The position numbers and the translations under genes are program-made. From Kiritimatiellia bacterium (GTDB lineage: Bacteria; Verrucomicrobiota; Kiritimatiellia; CAIVKH01), in NCBI GenBank assembly GCA_027493775.1, contig JAOSKE010000001.1, forward strand, positions 741,651 to 805,650: 64,000 nucleotides of DNA, in the 5' to 3' direction. This document shows positions 19,695 to 29,176 of this stretch, piece after piece; position 1 is the stretch's first letter, and every line of letters starts with the position of its first letter. The notes under the pieces were generated by a model, which was not told where the DNA came from, searched no databases, and worked only from the letters and a program-made list of their open reading frames with translations.

Positions 19695-20318
19695 ATGTCA
19701 AACACACCCCCACACAACCGCGCGGCGCGCTGGCGAATCAATCTCTCGCGCCTCGTCGCCATCGCGCTCCTAGTCCCCGCGCTTTTTACAGAAAGTCGCA
19801 TGGAATTGCATCCGATGGTTGAAGGTCTCCTGTTCCTTACGGGATGCGGATTTGTCGCGCTCGCAACCGTCGGCCGGCTTTGGTGCTCGCTCTACATCTG
19901 CGGCTATAAGACAAACAATCTGATCGCGGTCGGCCCCTATTCCCTTTCGCGAAATCCCCTTTATGTCCTCAGCCTGATCGGCGCAGTCGGTGTGGGCATG
20001 ACGACGGAAACGCTCACCATTTCTGCGCTCATTCTGCTCGCCTTTGCGATCTATTATCCCTCGGTCATCCGCTACGAGGAATCCGTGTTACGCGCTAGGC
20101 ACCCGGAAGAGTTCGCACGCTATTGCGCAGAGGTGCCGCGCTTCTGGCCGCAGCCCTTCCGCTTCTTTGTCGAACCGGCGGTGTATGAGGTGAAACCGCG
20201 CGCCTTCCGCAAAGCGATGGGTAGCGCGATCTGGTTTGTGATCTTGGTCGGCGTCTTGGAATTGGCCGAATCTTTGCGCGAAGCGCACATCATTCCGACG
20301 TGGTTTCAGCTCTGGTAA
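19695..20318 (+). CDS. Isoprenylcysteine carboxyl methyltransferase / phospholipid methyltransferase family membrane protein.
   Basis: …LIAVGPYSLSRNPLYVLSLIGAVGVGMTTETLTISALI…RYEESVLRARHPEEFARYCAEVPRFWP matches the ICMT/PEMT C-terminal signature. Start placed at MSNTPPHN. Confidence 0.65.
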   Translation: MSNTPPHNRAARWRINLSRLVAIALLVPALFTESRMELHPMVEGLLFLTGCGFVALATVGRLWCSLYICGYKTNNLIAVGPYSLSRNPLYVLSLIGAVGVGMTTETLTISALILLAFAIYYPSVIRYEESVLRARHPEEFARYCAEVPRFWPQPFRFFVEPAVYEVKPRAFRKAMGSAIWFVILVGVLELAESLREAHIIPTWFQLW

Positions 20319-20348
20319 TTACTTAACGCGGGTACACCCGCCTCCATC

Positions 20349-21960
20349 ATGAACACCGAGTTGCTCAACCGACCTGTTCCTTGGCACCTTCTCCTTCTGC
20401 TCGCTCTGCTCCTTTGGGGCGGCGAATACGTTCAGCGCCAACTTTGGGCGCCTGATGAGGCGCGCTATGCGCTAATCTCGCGCGAAATGCGGCAGGACTC
20501 GCACTGGCTCGTTCCGTTTCGACAGGGCGAATTCTATTCTCACAAGCCTCCGCTTATCTTTTGGCTGACCAATGCAGGCGTTGCGGCGGGACTGCCGGAG
20601 CGCGTCGCCGCGCGCGTGCCGAGCTTTCTCGGTGCGCTCATGGCGCTGTGGGCAATCACGCGCCTTGCTGTGCGCTGGTTCGATGTGCGCACGAGCTGGT
20701 GGGTCGCCCTGCTCCTTCCGACCTCTTTTCTCTTTTGGAACAAAGGCGGATTCGGCCAAATTGATGCCTTGTTGTTGGGTCTGGAAATGATGGGGCTATT
20801 CTTGCTCTTCACCTCCGATCCGACCAAGAGCGCACGCCGCATACCCGCGTATCTTTTTTTTGGCCTAGCCGTTCTCGCCAAGGGCCCGGTGGGACTGCTC
20901 ATTCCGATGGCGGTTTATGCCTCAGCCTCCTTCGCCGCCAACGAAGGCGTGCGCACGCGAGGCTGGCACTGGATTTGGGGCCCGTTGCTGGCGTTGGCTG
21001 TTCCCGGGCTTTGGCTCGCCGCCGCGTGGTGGCAGGGCGCACCGGATGGATTCTTTCGCGAGTTATTATTCAAACAAAATATCGGACGCGTCACCGGCGA
21101 ATTCGGCGGACACACCCAATCGTGGTACTACTACCTGCTCCACTTCCCGCTGGATTTTCTTCCGTGGACCCTCCTGCTGCCGCTCGCCGCGCTGGCGCTC
21201 CTGCGATGCGACAAAGATACGAAGGAATTTCGCCGACTCATCACGTGGATCGGAACCGTGATCATTCTCTTCAGCCTCAGTTCAAGCAAACGCAATCTCT
21301 ACATCCTCCTCGCCCACCCCGCCGCCGCACTGCTCATTGCAGCAAGCATTCCACATTGGTCGCTCGCCTCGGCAGCGCTGCTCCGGCGCAGCCGCATCAT
21401 CCTGCTCGCCTTCTTCGCCCTGCTTCCGGCAGGGCTGATCGCAATCGTATTCATTCCCCAGGTGCATATGCCGTGGTGGGCCAGCGCAGTGCCCGCGCTC
21501 GCGTCCCTTGCGGGTCTGATAATCGCCCTTCGCGCCACGCTGAAAAGTCCGGATTCGCCGCGCTGGCTCGCGTCGCTCGCCCTCGCCGTGTTGTTCACCT
21601 TCGCCAGCGTCGGCGCGATGATCTATCCGCAAATCAACGCGAAGAAAACGCCGCACGAAATCGAGCCCCATCGCCGCGCGCGTCCTCCAACCCGGCCAGT
21701 ATTTGATTTTATACAAACAGCAGGGCGAAATCGAAGCGCTCTATGCAAATCGGCCAGGCCGGATGGCGGACACGAAAGACGAGTTGCTTGAGCTGCTCGC
21801 CGCACAGCCCGCAAACCTCATCTTGGCAGATGCCAAGAATCTCGACATAGTGCTCTCCATCGTTGGCCCCGACCATCCGCATGGCTTTTTTGAGTACGGC
21901 GAGAAGAAACGGGTCTGGATCGAAATTGCGCCACCCCACATTTCCAACCCTTGGAAGTAG
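20349..21960 (+). CDS. ArnT-like / PMT-family (GT39/GT83) glycosyltransferase. The C-terminal roughly 85 aa are in a second frame.
   Basis: The N-terminus APDEARYALISREMRQDSHWLVPFRQGEFYSHKPPLIFWL is the GT83/GT39 signature, followed by about 12 TM helices. 21703..21960 (MILYKQQGEIEALYANRPGRMADTKDELLELLAAQ…) is the expected C-terminal soluble domain, in a different frame after the cccc run at 21666-21669. Confidence 0.7.
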
Positions 21961-21989
21961 TCCGCGAAAGTATTTCCAACCCTTGGAAC
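21942..21989. repeat. Two more copies of the TTCCAACCCTTGGAA palindrome, 33 bp apart, between convergent genes.
   Basis: Copies at 21942-21956 and 21975-21989. The first overlaps the last codons (…ISNPWK*) of the glycosyltransferase. Confidence 0.45.
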
Positions 21990-22176
21990 TTTTGCCCGAC
22001 AAAATGCAGTCAGCGAAAAGGCGAAAAAATCAGGAGAAATGGAAAAATGGGGTCAGATAGCATGAAAGGCGGTTAGATCTCCGTATTGACGGATATCGGT
22101 TTTTCTTCGCGCAATATGATGTTAGCGCCCCGCCCCTTCCCGGAGCGCGAGGGGGTCGGATGGATGTTCAGATGCC

Positions 22177-22950
22177 CTACTCGTTCTTGGCGTCGAAACC
22201 AAAGGTCCACGTCAACCCTGCCGTTGCAATGAAGTCCGGGGCATCGCCCTTGAGCTTCGATCCACCGGCAATATCGATCATGAGGCTTTCCACAGGAGTC
22301 CAGCGAAAGCCGGTGTTGTACTGCACGACCGTGTCGGCGCCGCCGGTTGTTTCCCGCTCGGCAAACACCTCGCCCACCCACTGCACGGCGTCCAGCGCCT
22401 GATAGTCAAGCGCCACGCCGTAATGGAAGACGTCCTCGTCCGGGCCGCCGATCCACGAATAGCCGACATTGAGATGTGCGCTCGCGCTTTCTCCGAGGGA
22501 ACGCGAGGCGATCCAGGACAGGTCGTAGTCCGTCTCGCCGCTTCCAAATCCCTTGTCCTCATCCGCAGTCGGGAACTTCACCGACGCGGCAAGAGCGTGC
22601 CGCGCGCCAAGCGGACAGGAATCGATGAACCGCCATTTCGCGCCGAGGGTCAAATCGCCGATGCTGCTTTCGCGGCGTGACACCTCCGCGCCGGCGTCAT
22701 CAAGCGCCTCCATTCGCCTCTCGAACTGCCCGCCAAAGCCCACGCCCGCCTCGACGTTGGGAGCCACGCCATACGCCAGACCGAACGGCATATCCCAATG
22801 CTTGTAGCCGGAATCGCGCTCGTAGGCGGCTCCCGCCTCGAACTCAAATTGCCCAACATCCACGGGGTCTGCATCGTCAATCGCCAGGGGCCGCCCGGCA
22901 AAGGCAACGCCCGCGCACGCCAACACACCCACATGACCGCCACACAAAAC
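22177..22950 (-). CDS. Outer-membrane beta-barrel protein (MetA/phenol-degradation-like transporter family, tentative).
   Basis: Alternating amphipathic beta-strand pattern (…LAYGVAPNVEAGVGFGGQFER…LTLGAKWRFID…ASVKFPTADEDKGFGSGETDYDLSWIAS…LNVGYSWIGG…VVQYNTGFRWTP…LTWTFGF). ORF 22177..23253 overlaps nikR, so the start was trimmed to a GTG/signal-like stretch (HVGVLACAGVAFAG). Confidence 0.45.
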   Translation of the reverse strand, partial: VLCGGHVGVLACAGVAFAGRPLAIDDADPVDVGQFEFEAGAAYERDSGYKHWDMPFGLAYGVAPNVEAGVGFGGQFERRMEALDDAGAEVSRRESSIGDLTLGAKWRFIDSCPLGARHALAASVKFPTADEDKGFGSGETDYDLSWIASRSLGESASAHLNVGYSWIGGPDEDVFHYGVALDYQALDAVQWVGEVFAERETTGGADTVVQYNTGFRWTPVESLMIDIAGGSKLKGDAPDFIATAGLTWTFGFDAKNE

Positions 22951-23072
22951 ATTCTCTTTTCGTTCACTCGCAATCCTCGCTCCGCTTTTCTCGCCCGTTT
23001 CACACGGACATGGCGTAATACGTATCAAGGAAACGTAATATTCTGCAAGCAGAATGGCCGGACCGGCGGCGC

Positions 23073-23486
23073 TCAGGAAAGCCGCTCGCCGGTCGTTGCG
23101 GCGGCAAGCGAAACGTGCTTCAACCCCTTCACCGCCTTGAGCCGCGTGAGCATGCGCCCGATCTCGCGGGGCGCACCCCGAACCGCGAGGATTTCCAAAC
23201 AGTTGTCGTGGTCCAGATGAATATGTTGAGTTGAAATGATGGCCTTGTGGCAATCGTGCTGAACCTCCGTCAGCGTCTTCACAATGTCCCGCTTGTGATG
23301 ATCGTAGACCATGACAATCGCGCCCGCCACCTCGTCACCCGCCTGCCATTCCTGCTGCACGAGACACGCACGAATCAAATCGCCAACGGCCTTTGATCGT
23401 GTGGGGCAGCGGTCAGCCCGAATCTTGGCGTCAAACCGCCGAACCAGTGCCGCATCGAGCGATATGCTGAAACGTGTTAACGACAT
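23073..23486 (-). CDS. nikR: Nickel-responsive regulator NikR.
   Basis: MSLTRFSISLDAALVRRFD is a ribbon-helix-helix N-terminus. The C-terminal metal-binding domain carries …IVMVYDHHKRDIVKTLTEVQHDCHKAIISTQHIHLDHDNCLEILAVRG, the NikR His/Cys cluster. Start placed at MSLTRF. Confidence 0.7.
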   Translation of the reverse strand: MSLTRFSISLDAALVRRFDAKIRADRCPTRSKAVGDLIRACLVQQEWQAGDEVAGAIVMVYDHHKRDIVKTLTEVQHDCHKAIISTQHIHLDHDNCLEILAVRGAPREIGRMLTRLKAVKGLKHVSLAAATTGERLS

Positions 23487-23808
23487 GCTGCTGCTCCCTT
23501 CGCTACGGGCGGGAAGCATAGCAGTCGGGGGATTCTGGGGCAACCGCATCGGATCCCCCTCCAGCGCATGGTGCAGGACAGGATTTTGGGTGAGCTCGGA
23601 TTCCGAGCGCACATGGCGATGGAAACGGCTCCCACGCTCAGACTTTCGTTCGTGATGGTAGGGCCCGACCGCCCTCCATAGACGGGCAAGCTGAGGCAGG
23701 CCGGGGATTGTTGAGAACGTCAGGGCTGGAACCGACCCCCGCCGCCTCAAAGAAAATGTCCTACATCCCGACGCACATCATCCGTGAACACGCGATTGTC
23801 GCGCGGCT

Positions 23809-24875
23809 CTATTTTTTCCCGTTAATCCGTCCCTCGACCCACGACACCACCACACCGGCGGCGAGAATCACGAAAACGAGCCCGAGCAGATAAACGTTGA
23901 AGCTCTCGCCGACGGCGGCCTTGAGCTGCTTGGCAAACAGCATCTTGAGCCCGACAATCATCAGCACGAGAGAGAGCGAAAGCTTGAGGTACTTGAAGCG
24001 GTCAAGCATACCGGCAAGGGCAAAATAGAGCGAGCGCAGGCCGAGGATCGCGAACACGTTGCTGGTGAAGACGAGAAACGGGTCGGCGGTGATGGCGAAG
24101 ATCGCCGGAATGGAATCGACCGCGAACACGACATCAACCGTCTCGATCATAATCAGCGCGAGCGCGAGCGGGGTGAGAAACAGCGTTCCGAGCGCGGCCT
24201 TCTGCAACGCCGGGTCGGTTGCGGCATCAATCGAGCCGGGCATGACGCCTTCGCCGGCCGCAACGGAACCGGCGCGCACGGCGAAATGTTGTCCGTGATA
24301 ATGAGCGGTCACCGGCAGGAATTTTCGCGCGACGCGCACCATGATGTTGCGGTCCGGCTGAATCTTCTCCGCCCGGGCAAAGAGCATCTTGATGCCGGTG
24401 ATGACGAGAAACACGCCGAACACGTAGAGAATCCAGTGGAAGCGGGTGATCAGCACCGCGCCGACGCCAATCATCGCGCCGCGCAGAACGAGAGCGCCGA
24501 GCACGCCCCAGAAAAGAACGCGATGCTGATAGAGGGCGGGCACACCGAAGAAGCTGAAGATCATCGCAATGACGAAGATATTGTCCACGCTCAGCGACTT
24601 CTCGACCACATAGCCGGTGACATACTTGATCGCCGCCGTGCGGCCATTGTTGATCAAACCGTCCGAGGCATCCACCGCGCCCCCATGCCCAGCCAGTGGT
24701 TCTCATAGCCGAAGTACACGAAGATCGAAAACAACAGGCCCAGCGTCACCCAGACCGCCGACCAGCCGAGGGCTTCGCGGACCGACACCACATGCGCCTT
24801 GCGATGGAACACGCCCAAATCAAGCGCGAGCATCGCGAGCACAAAAAGAATGAAGGCGGACCAGATAACGAGCAT
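23809..24875 (-). CDS. TerC-family integral membrane protein. One frame break.
   Basis: 24654..24875 is the N-terminus (MLVIWSAFILFVLAMLALDLGVFHRKAHVVSVREALGWSAVWV…). 23809..24675 carries the rest (…EKSLSVDNIFVIAMIF…). The frames switch at the C5 run at 24680-24684. Confidence 0.75.
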
Positions 24876-24902
24876 GAAAAGTCTCCGTGACGCGGCTGTA
24901 TC

Positions 24903-25396
24903 TAGCCCGGATTATTCACGAAAAAACATGAAATACCGTTAAAATAATATTGGAAAACCTTTGCAACGTGCTATTGTTTAGATTGTTACAAAAAACCATA
25001 ACACAAGGTCTTCCAACGCCTGATACTTGCACAGACTGTCTTCTTTTTCCAGAACTTTTTCACAAGCCTCTTCACGTCAAATTCTCCGACCAGCGCCCCT
25101 CCAGTGATGGCGGCCTTTTGCTCCTCAAGGCGCGTGACCGAAAGATGAATCTTTGTCCGCGTTTGGCCGATGCCATCCTGGATCGCCGAGACGCCGCCAA
25201 GGTCGAACACTCGCTGCTCACCGGCTCATCCCCCGGATGGCTCCGCTATGCCAATGAGCGCTAGCAATCGCGAGAAAAGCCGTCTCCGGCCGCGCTTTGC
25301 CGAGCTTCAACACCGCGAAAACTTCAACTCCACAAAACTCACCTTTGCCATCCCGGAATTTATGCGCGTCCCAAGAGGTTCATGAATAATCCGGGA
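24903..25396. mobile_element. Internally deleted (MITE-like) derivative of the IS4-superfamily element whose full copy is at 52383..54075.
   Basis: Left end CCCGGATTATTCACGAAAAAACATGAAATACCG… and right end …GAATTTATGCGCGTCCCAAGAGGTTCATGAATAATCCGGG match the ends of the full copy. Only about 490 bp remain, with no intact transposase. Confidence 0.6.
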
Positions 25397-25541
25397 TAGT
25401 GCGCCGAAAAATCTTTACAACACCCCAGCCCTCCAAGACAATTCCACAACCGACAGTAGACGCATACGATCAGAGCAAGGAGCACACAAACACTCGCCCA
25501 CTCAATCGGATGTGATCCTAAACCACACTCGGAGGTGAACA

Positions 25542-26213
25542 ATGAACCGATGGAGACTGAAGCAGAAGGTTGTTTTGCTGGCCATACTCGGGTTGGCCGG
25601 AGGAACCGCACACCCTGTCTTGGCCGATCTGTTTCTCGTGGATTATACGGTAACCATCAACATTGAGGACGGCGGCACCGTCTTCGGTGAATCTGGTTCG
25701 GTTTTGTTGAATGCATCCTATCTATTGGACACGGATGCTGCGCCTGTCATTCTAATCTCGGCGGGAACGTCTTTCGGGGAGTTCACGTACCCTGTGGACT
25801 GGTATGGCTATGACGCCTCTGCAGTATCCGCGTTGACGGCATCTTTCGGGACGAAGACATGGGAGGTCGATGATATAGAGTTACTGATCCCGGAATTCGG
25901 CATCCAATCCCATGTCTGGTTCGATGCTCCGCTCGTTCATGGCGCAACCCCGAACACATGGCTCACCCTCTCGGACGATGACGGAGATATAACCTTTGGG
26001 GGTAGTTTATGCGGGTCACCCAATTGCGAACTACAGAAGGAGGCGATAATTATCGAAAACACGTTAAACGATGATTATGGATATGGATCGCCGCTCACTG
26101 TAACGATAACGGCCGTGCCAGAGCCGCGAACGATCTCGCTGCTGCTGGCTGCTACAGCATCGCTCTATCTTGCACGCCGGAAAACGAGCTGCCGGAACGC
26201 GAGTCAGACCTGA
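25542..26213 (+). CDS. PEP-CTERM sorting-domain protein (exosortase substrate).
   Basis: N-terminal signal peptide. The C-terminus VPEPRTISLLLAATASLYLARRK has the PEP motif, then a TM segment, then basic residues. Confidence 0.7.
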   Translation: MNRWRLKQKVVLLAILGLAGGTAHPVLADLFLVDYTVTINIEDGGTVFGESGSVLLNASYLLDTDAAPVILISAGTSFGEFTYPVDWYGYDASAVSALTASFGTKTWEVDDIELLIPEFGIQSHVWFDAPLVHGATPNTWLTLSDDDGDITFGGSLCGSPNCELQKEAIIIENTLNDDYGYGSPLTVTITAVPEPRTISLLLAATASLYLARRKTSCRNASQT

Positions 26214-26462
26214 ATGGCACTAAGAGCCTATCCGAAAATTCATCATTTGACAGTTTTCGTGCGCTGAGGTTGTCGAGGTCGGCGTTTCATCTGCAAGCAC
26301 GTCGTTGACAAGATCGTCCATTCGACGGTCTCGCCCTTCGTGAAGGCCAGCGCTTCGGCCAATGCGTTGAGCGCCATTCGGGTCAGCCCTCAGCGGTCTA
26401 TTGGTTGTCTATTGCGGTCTATTGGGGTCGCGTCTAGACATTTGGTTCCGCTGAAAAACCCC

Positions 26463-26666
26463 CTACTTGCGGATGCGCCCTTTTGGTTTGGCGGGCTGCG
26501 TTCGGATAAGGTGAAGTTCATGGCGGTCGAGTAGTTCCCACTCGACTTCTTCACCGCCCCCCAAGCCGATGGCGGCGGCCAGCGGAATGGGGATGTTGAC
26601 GTAAAGGCGAACCTTCACGCCCTTGGATCGAATAGCCTGCACTTTTAATGGATAAGTTGTTGTCAT
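26463..26666 (-). CDS. Small AbrB/MazE-like (swapped-hairpin) protein, a passenger ORF inside the IS, divergent from the transposase.
   Basis: 67 aa. MTTTYPLKVQAIRSKGVKVRLYVNIPIPLAAAIGLGGGEEVEWELLDRHELHLI is AbrB-like. An identical ORF sits in copy B with one substitution. Confidence 0.35.
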   Translation of the reverse strand: MTTTYPLKVQAIRSKGVKVRLYVNIPIPLAAAIGLGGGEEVEWELLDRHELHLIRTQPAKPKGRIRK

Positions 26667-26713
26667 TTCGATACGCTATCTGATAGACTAGCTATTAGCA
26701 AGAGGAAATTATC

Positions 26714-28366
26714 ATGAGTCTTCCGCCTGTCCAGCAACAACGAAGTCTCTTTGAGGTCAACGTGCAATTCGCGGGCCTGTTCAAGTCGGCGCCAGCGAAT
26801 CGCTTTGGCTTCTTCAGCGACACGATCATGCCGCAACTGCGCGAACTGCGCCCGCAACTTGAAGCGATGTATTGCGCGGACAATGGCCGCCCCGCCGAGG
26901 AACCCTCGCGGATGTTGGCCGTGTTGATCTTGCAATTCATGGAGGGACTGCCCGATCGCAAGGCGGTGGAGGCATGCACCTATGATCTGCGATGGAAGAT
27001 GGCGCTATGGATGGAAACGGATGAAGCGGCCTTTCACGCCACCAGCTTGGTGAAGTTTCGCAATCGGCTCCTGGAGCACAACCTCGTCGAGATCGGATTT
27101 GACGCCGTGCTCCAAGCCATGCGCAAGGCGGGTTATCTCAAGGCCCATAAAGCGCAGCGTCTGGACTCGACGCATGTCATCGGTTTGGTCAGCCACATGA
27201 GCCGATTGGAATGCGTTCGAGAGGCCATGCGGCTGGCGATGGAAGTATTGGCGGAGTTGCCCGAAAGCACACGTCCTGGATCATGGTCCCTGTGGTGGGA
27301 ACGGTATGTGCAGAGCGCCTTGGACTTCAAAACGGATGTAGAGACGCTCAAGCAGAAGATGACTCAGGCGGGCGAGGACGCCCGCGCGATCTTGGCATGG
27401 ATCGAGACGCAGGTTGATGCGGTCAAAAGCATGAAGTCGGTGAGTGTTTTACGGCGGGTGTACGAGGAAAACTTTCAACAAGAAGTGGGCGGTCAGACCG
27501 AGCAGACCCACTCGCGACCGTCCGGTGCGGTATATAATCCGCACGACCCGGATGCGCAGTGGAGCGCCAAGGGGACTATCGCTGGCAAGAACAAGGAGTG
27601 GGTGGGTTACAAAGCCCAAATCGCGGAGACTCTGCCAAGCGCGAAGCCGGAGATGAAGGCGCCCACCGACGCGGTAATCACCGCCATGGTCACCCAACCA
27701 GCCATAACGAGCGATCACGGATCGATCTCGGATGTGGAAGAGGAGTGGAAGCGCGAAGATTTGGACAAGCCGAAAGAGCTTTATGTGGATGGCGGCTATA
27801 TCTCCGGGGAGGCGCTGGCCGATGCGGGGCGTGAAGAGCGCGAGATTCATGGCCCCGTTCAACCGGCCCCGAAGCGCGGCGACCGCTTCAGCGCTGAGAG
27901 TTTTGACGTGGACATCGATCAGCGGGTGGCGATCTGCCCGGCCCGCCATGCCAGCACCAACTGCAGTCGCCTCGATGAAGTCAGTGGTAAGATCCACTAC
28001 CGCTTCGAATGGAATAACCATCTCTGCCAAGCGTGTGAGCTTCGCAGCCGTTGCCTGGGAGCCAACCAACGCCATCGGACGCTACTGGTGGGTCAGTATC
28101 ATTCACACATTCAGGCCCGTCGCCGCGAAATGAAAACGGGGGCGTTCAAAGAGCGGATGCACAAACGCAATGGGGTGGAAGGAACGATCAGCGAGCTAAA
28201 AAGAGGCTACGGACTGAGGCGGTGTCGGTATCGAGGGTTGATAAAAACCAGTTTGCAAAACTACCTCATTGGGGCCGCCTGCAACATCAAGCGGTGGGCC
28301 CGCCGCTTGGCCTGGGAAGCGCTTGGAAATGATGAGATCGGAATAGATCAAGCAGTCAGGGCGTAA
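26714..28366 (+). CDS. IS5/IS1182-family DDE transposase (550 aa).
   Basis: The C-terminal KRNGVEGTISELKRGYGLRRCRYRGLIKTSLQNYLIGAACNIKRW is the DDE_Tnp_1_6 signature. A long helical N-terminal domain is also present. Confidence 0.85.
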   Translation: MSLPPVQQQRSLFEVNVQFAGLFKSAPANRFGFFSDTIMPQLRELRPQLEAMYCADNGRPAEEPSRMLAVLILQFMEGLPDRKAVEACTYDLRWKMALWMETDEAAFHATSLVKFRNRLLEHNLVEIGFDAVLQAMRKAGYLKAHKAQRLDSTHVIGLVSHMSRLECVREAMRLAMEVLAELPESTRPGSWSLWWERYVQSALDFKTDVETLKQKMTQAGEDARAILAWIETQVDAVKSMKSVSVLRRVYEENFQQEVGGQTEQTHSRPSGAVYNPHDPDAQWSAKGTIAGKNKEWVGYKAQIAETLPSAKPEMKAPTDAVITAMVTQPAITSDHGSISDVEEEWKREDLDKPKELYVDGGYISGEALADAGREEREIHGPVQPAPKRGDRFSAESFDVDIDQRVAICPARHASTNCSRLDEVSGKIHYRFEWNNHLCQACELRSRCLGANQRHRTLLVGQYHSHIQARRREMKTGAFKERMHKRNGVEGTISELKRGYGLRRCRYRGLIKTSLQNYLIGAACNIKRWARRLAWEALGNDEIGIDQAVRA

Positions 28367-28595
28367 TACGCCATCCAAAAGAACGAAGGCGCGGGCAAAA
28401 ATGAGCAATCGAACGAATACAGTATGGCAATGCGCATGCCACCCCGCACGTTACGTATGTGTTGTGGCGAAGCGACTGCATATAAGAATGCAGGTCTGTA
28501 AGTTTTGTTGAGCGATGAGTTTTTTAAAGAGGGGTTTTTCAGCAGAACCGAATGTCTAGACTTGACCCCAACTGCTCCCCCAACTGCTCCCCAAC

Positions 28596-28899
28596 TGCTG
28601 GTTTGCAAAATTACCTCATTGGGGCTGCCTGCAACATCAAGCGGTGGGCCCGCTGCATGGCCTGGGAAGCGCTTGGAAATGATGAGATGGGAATAGATCA
28701 AGCAGTCAGGGCGTAATACGCCATCCAAAAGAACGAAGGCGCGGGCATAAATGAGCAATCGAACGACTACAGTATGGCAATGCGCATGCCACCCCGCACG
28801 TTACGTATGTGTTGTGGCGAAGCGACTGTATATAAGAATGCAGGCCTGTGAGCTTTTTTGAGCGATGAGATTTTTGAAAGAGGGTTTTTCAGCAGAACC
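28596..28899 (+). mobile_element. Partial extra copy of the IS 3' end (transposase tail plus right end) between copies A and B.
   Basis: 28596..28716 repeats the last roughly 40 codons of the transposase (…LQNYLIGAACNIKRWARCMAWEALGNDEMGIDQAVRA*). The tail ends in GGGTTTTTCAGCAGAACCGAATGTC, abutting the left end of copy B. Confidence 0.5.
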
Positions 28900-28925
28900 G
28901 AATGTCGGTTCTGCTGAAAAACCCC

Positions 28926-29129
28926 CTACTTGCGGATGCGCCCTTTTGGTTTGGCGGGCTGCGTTCGGATAAGGTGAAGTTCATGGCGGTCGAGTAGTTC
29001 CCACTCGACCTCTTCACCGCCCGCCAAGCCGATGGCGGCGGCCAGCGGAATGGGGATGTTGACGTAAAGGCGGACTTTCACGCCCTTGGATCGAATGGCT
29101 TGCACTTTTAATGGATAAGTTGTTGTCAT
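28926..29129 (-). CDS. Small AbrB/MazE-like passenger protein, copy B.
   Basis: Differs from 26463..26666 by G to A at one position (…IGLAGGEEV…). Confidence 0.35.
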   Translation of the reverse strand: MTTTYPLKVQAIRSKGVKVRLYVNIPIPLAAAIGLAGGEEVEWELLDRHELHLIRTQPAKPKGRIRK

Positions 29130-29176
29130 TTCGATACGCTATCTGATAGACTAGCTATTAGCAAGAGGAAATTATC

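Larger units (their letters stand above)
26444..28549 (+). mobile_element. IS5/IS1182-family insertion sequence, copy A of a tandem pair.
   Basis: Ends GGTTCCGCTGAAAAACCCC (left) and GGGGTTTTTCAGCAGAACC (right). It is inserted into the centre of the GGGGTCRAGTCTAGACATT palindrome, with flanks 26425-26443 and 28550-28569. Confidence 0.6.

Noticed and set aside
22951-23253. The N-terminal 100 aa of ORF 22177..23253 (MPQGHHFNSTYSS…)
   Set aside because: It overlaps the nikR coding region on the same strand in another frame and has no barrel or signal features. The OMP start was trimmed to about 22950.
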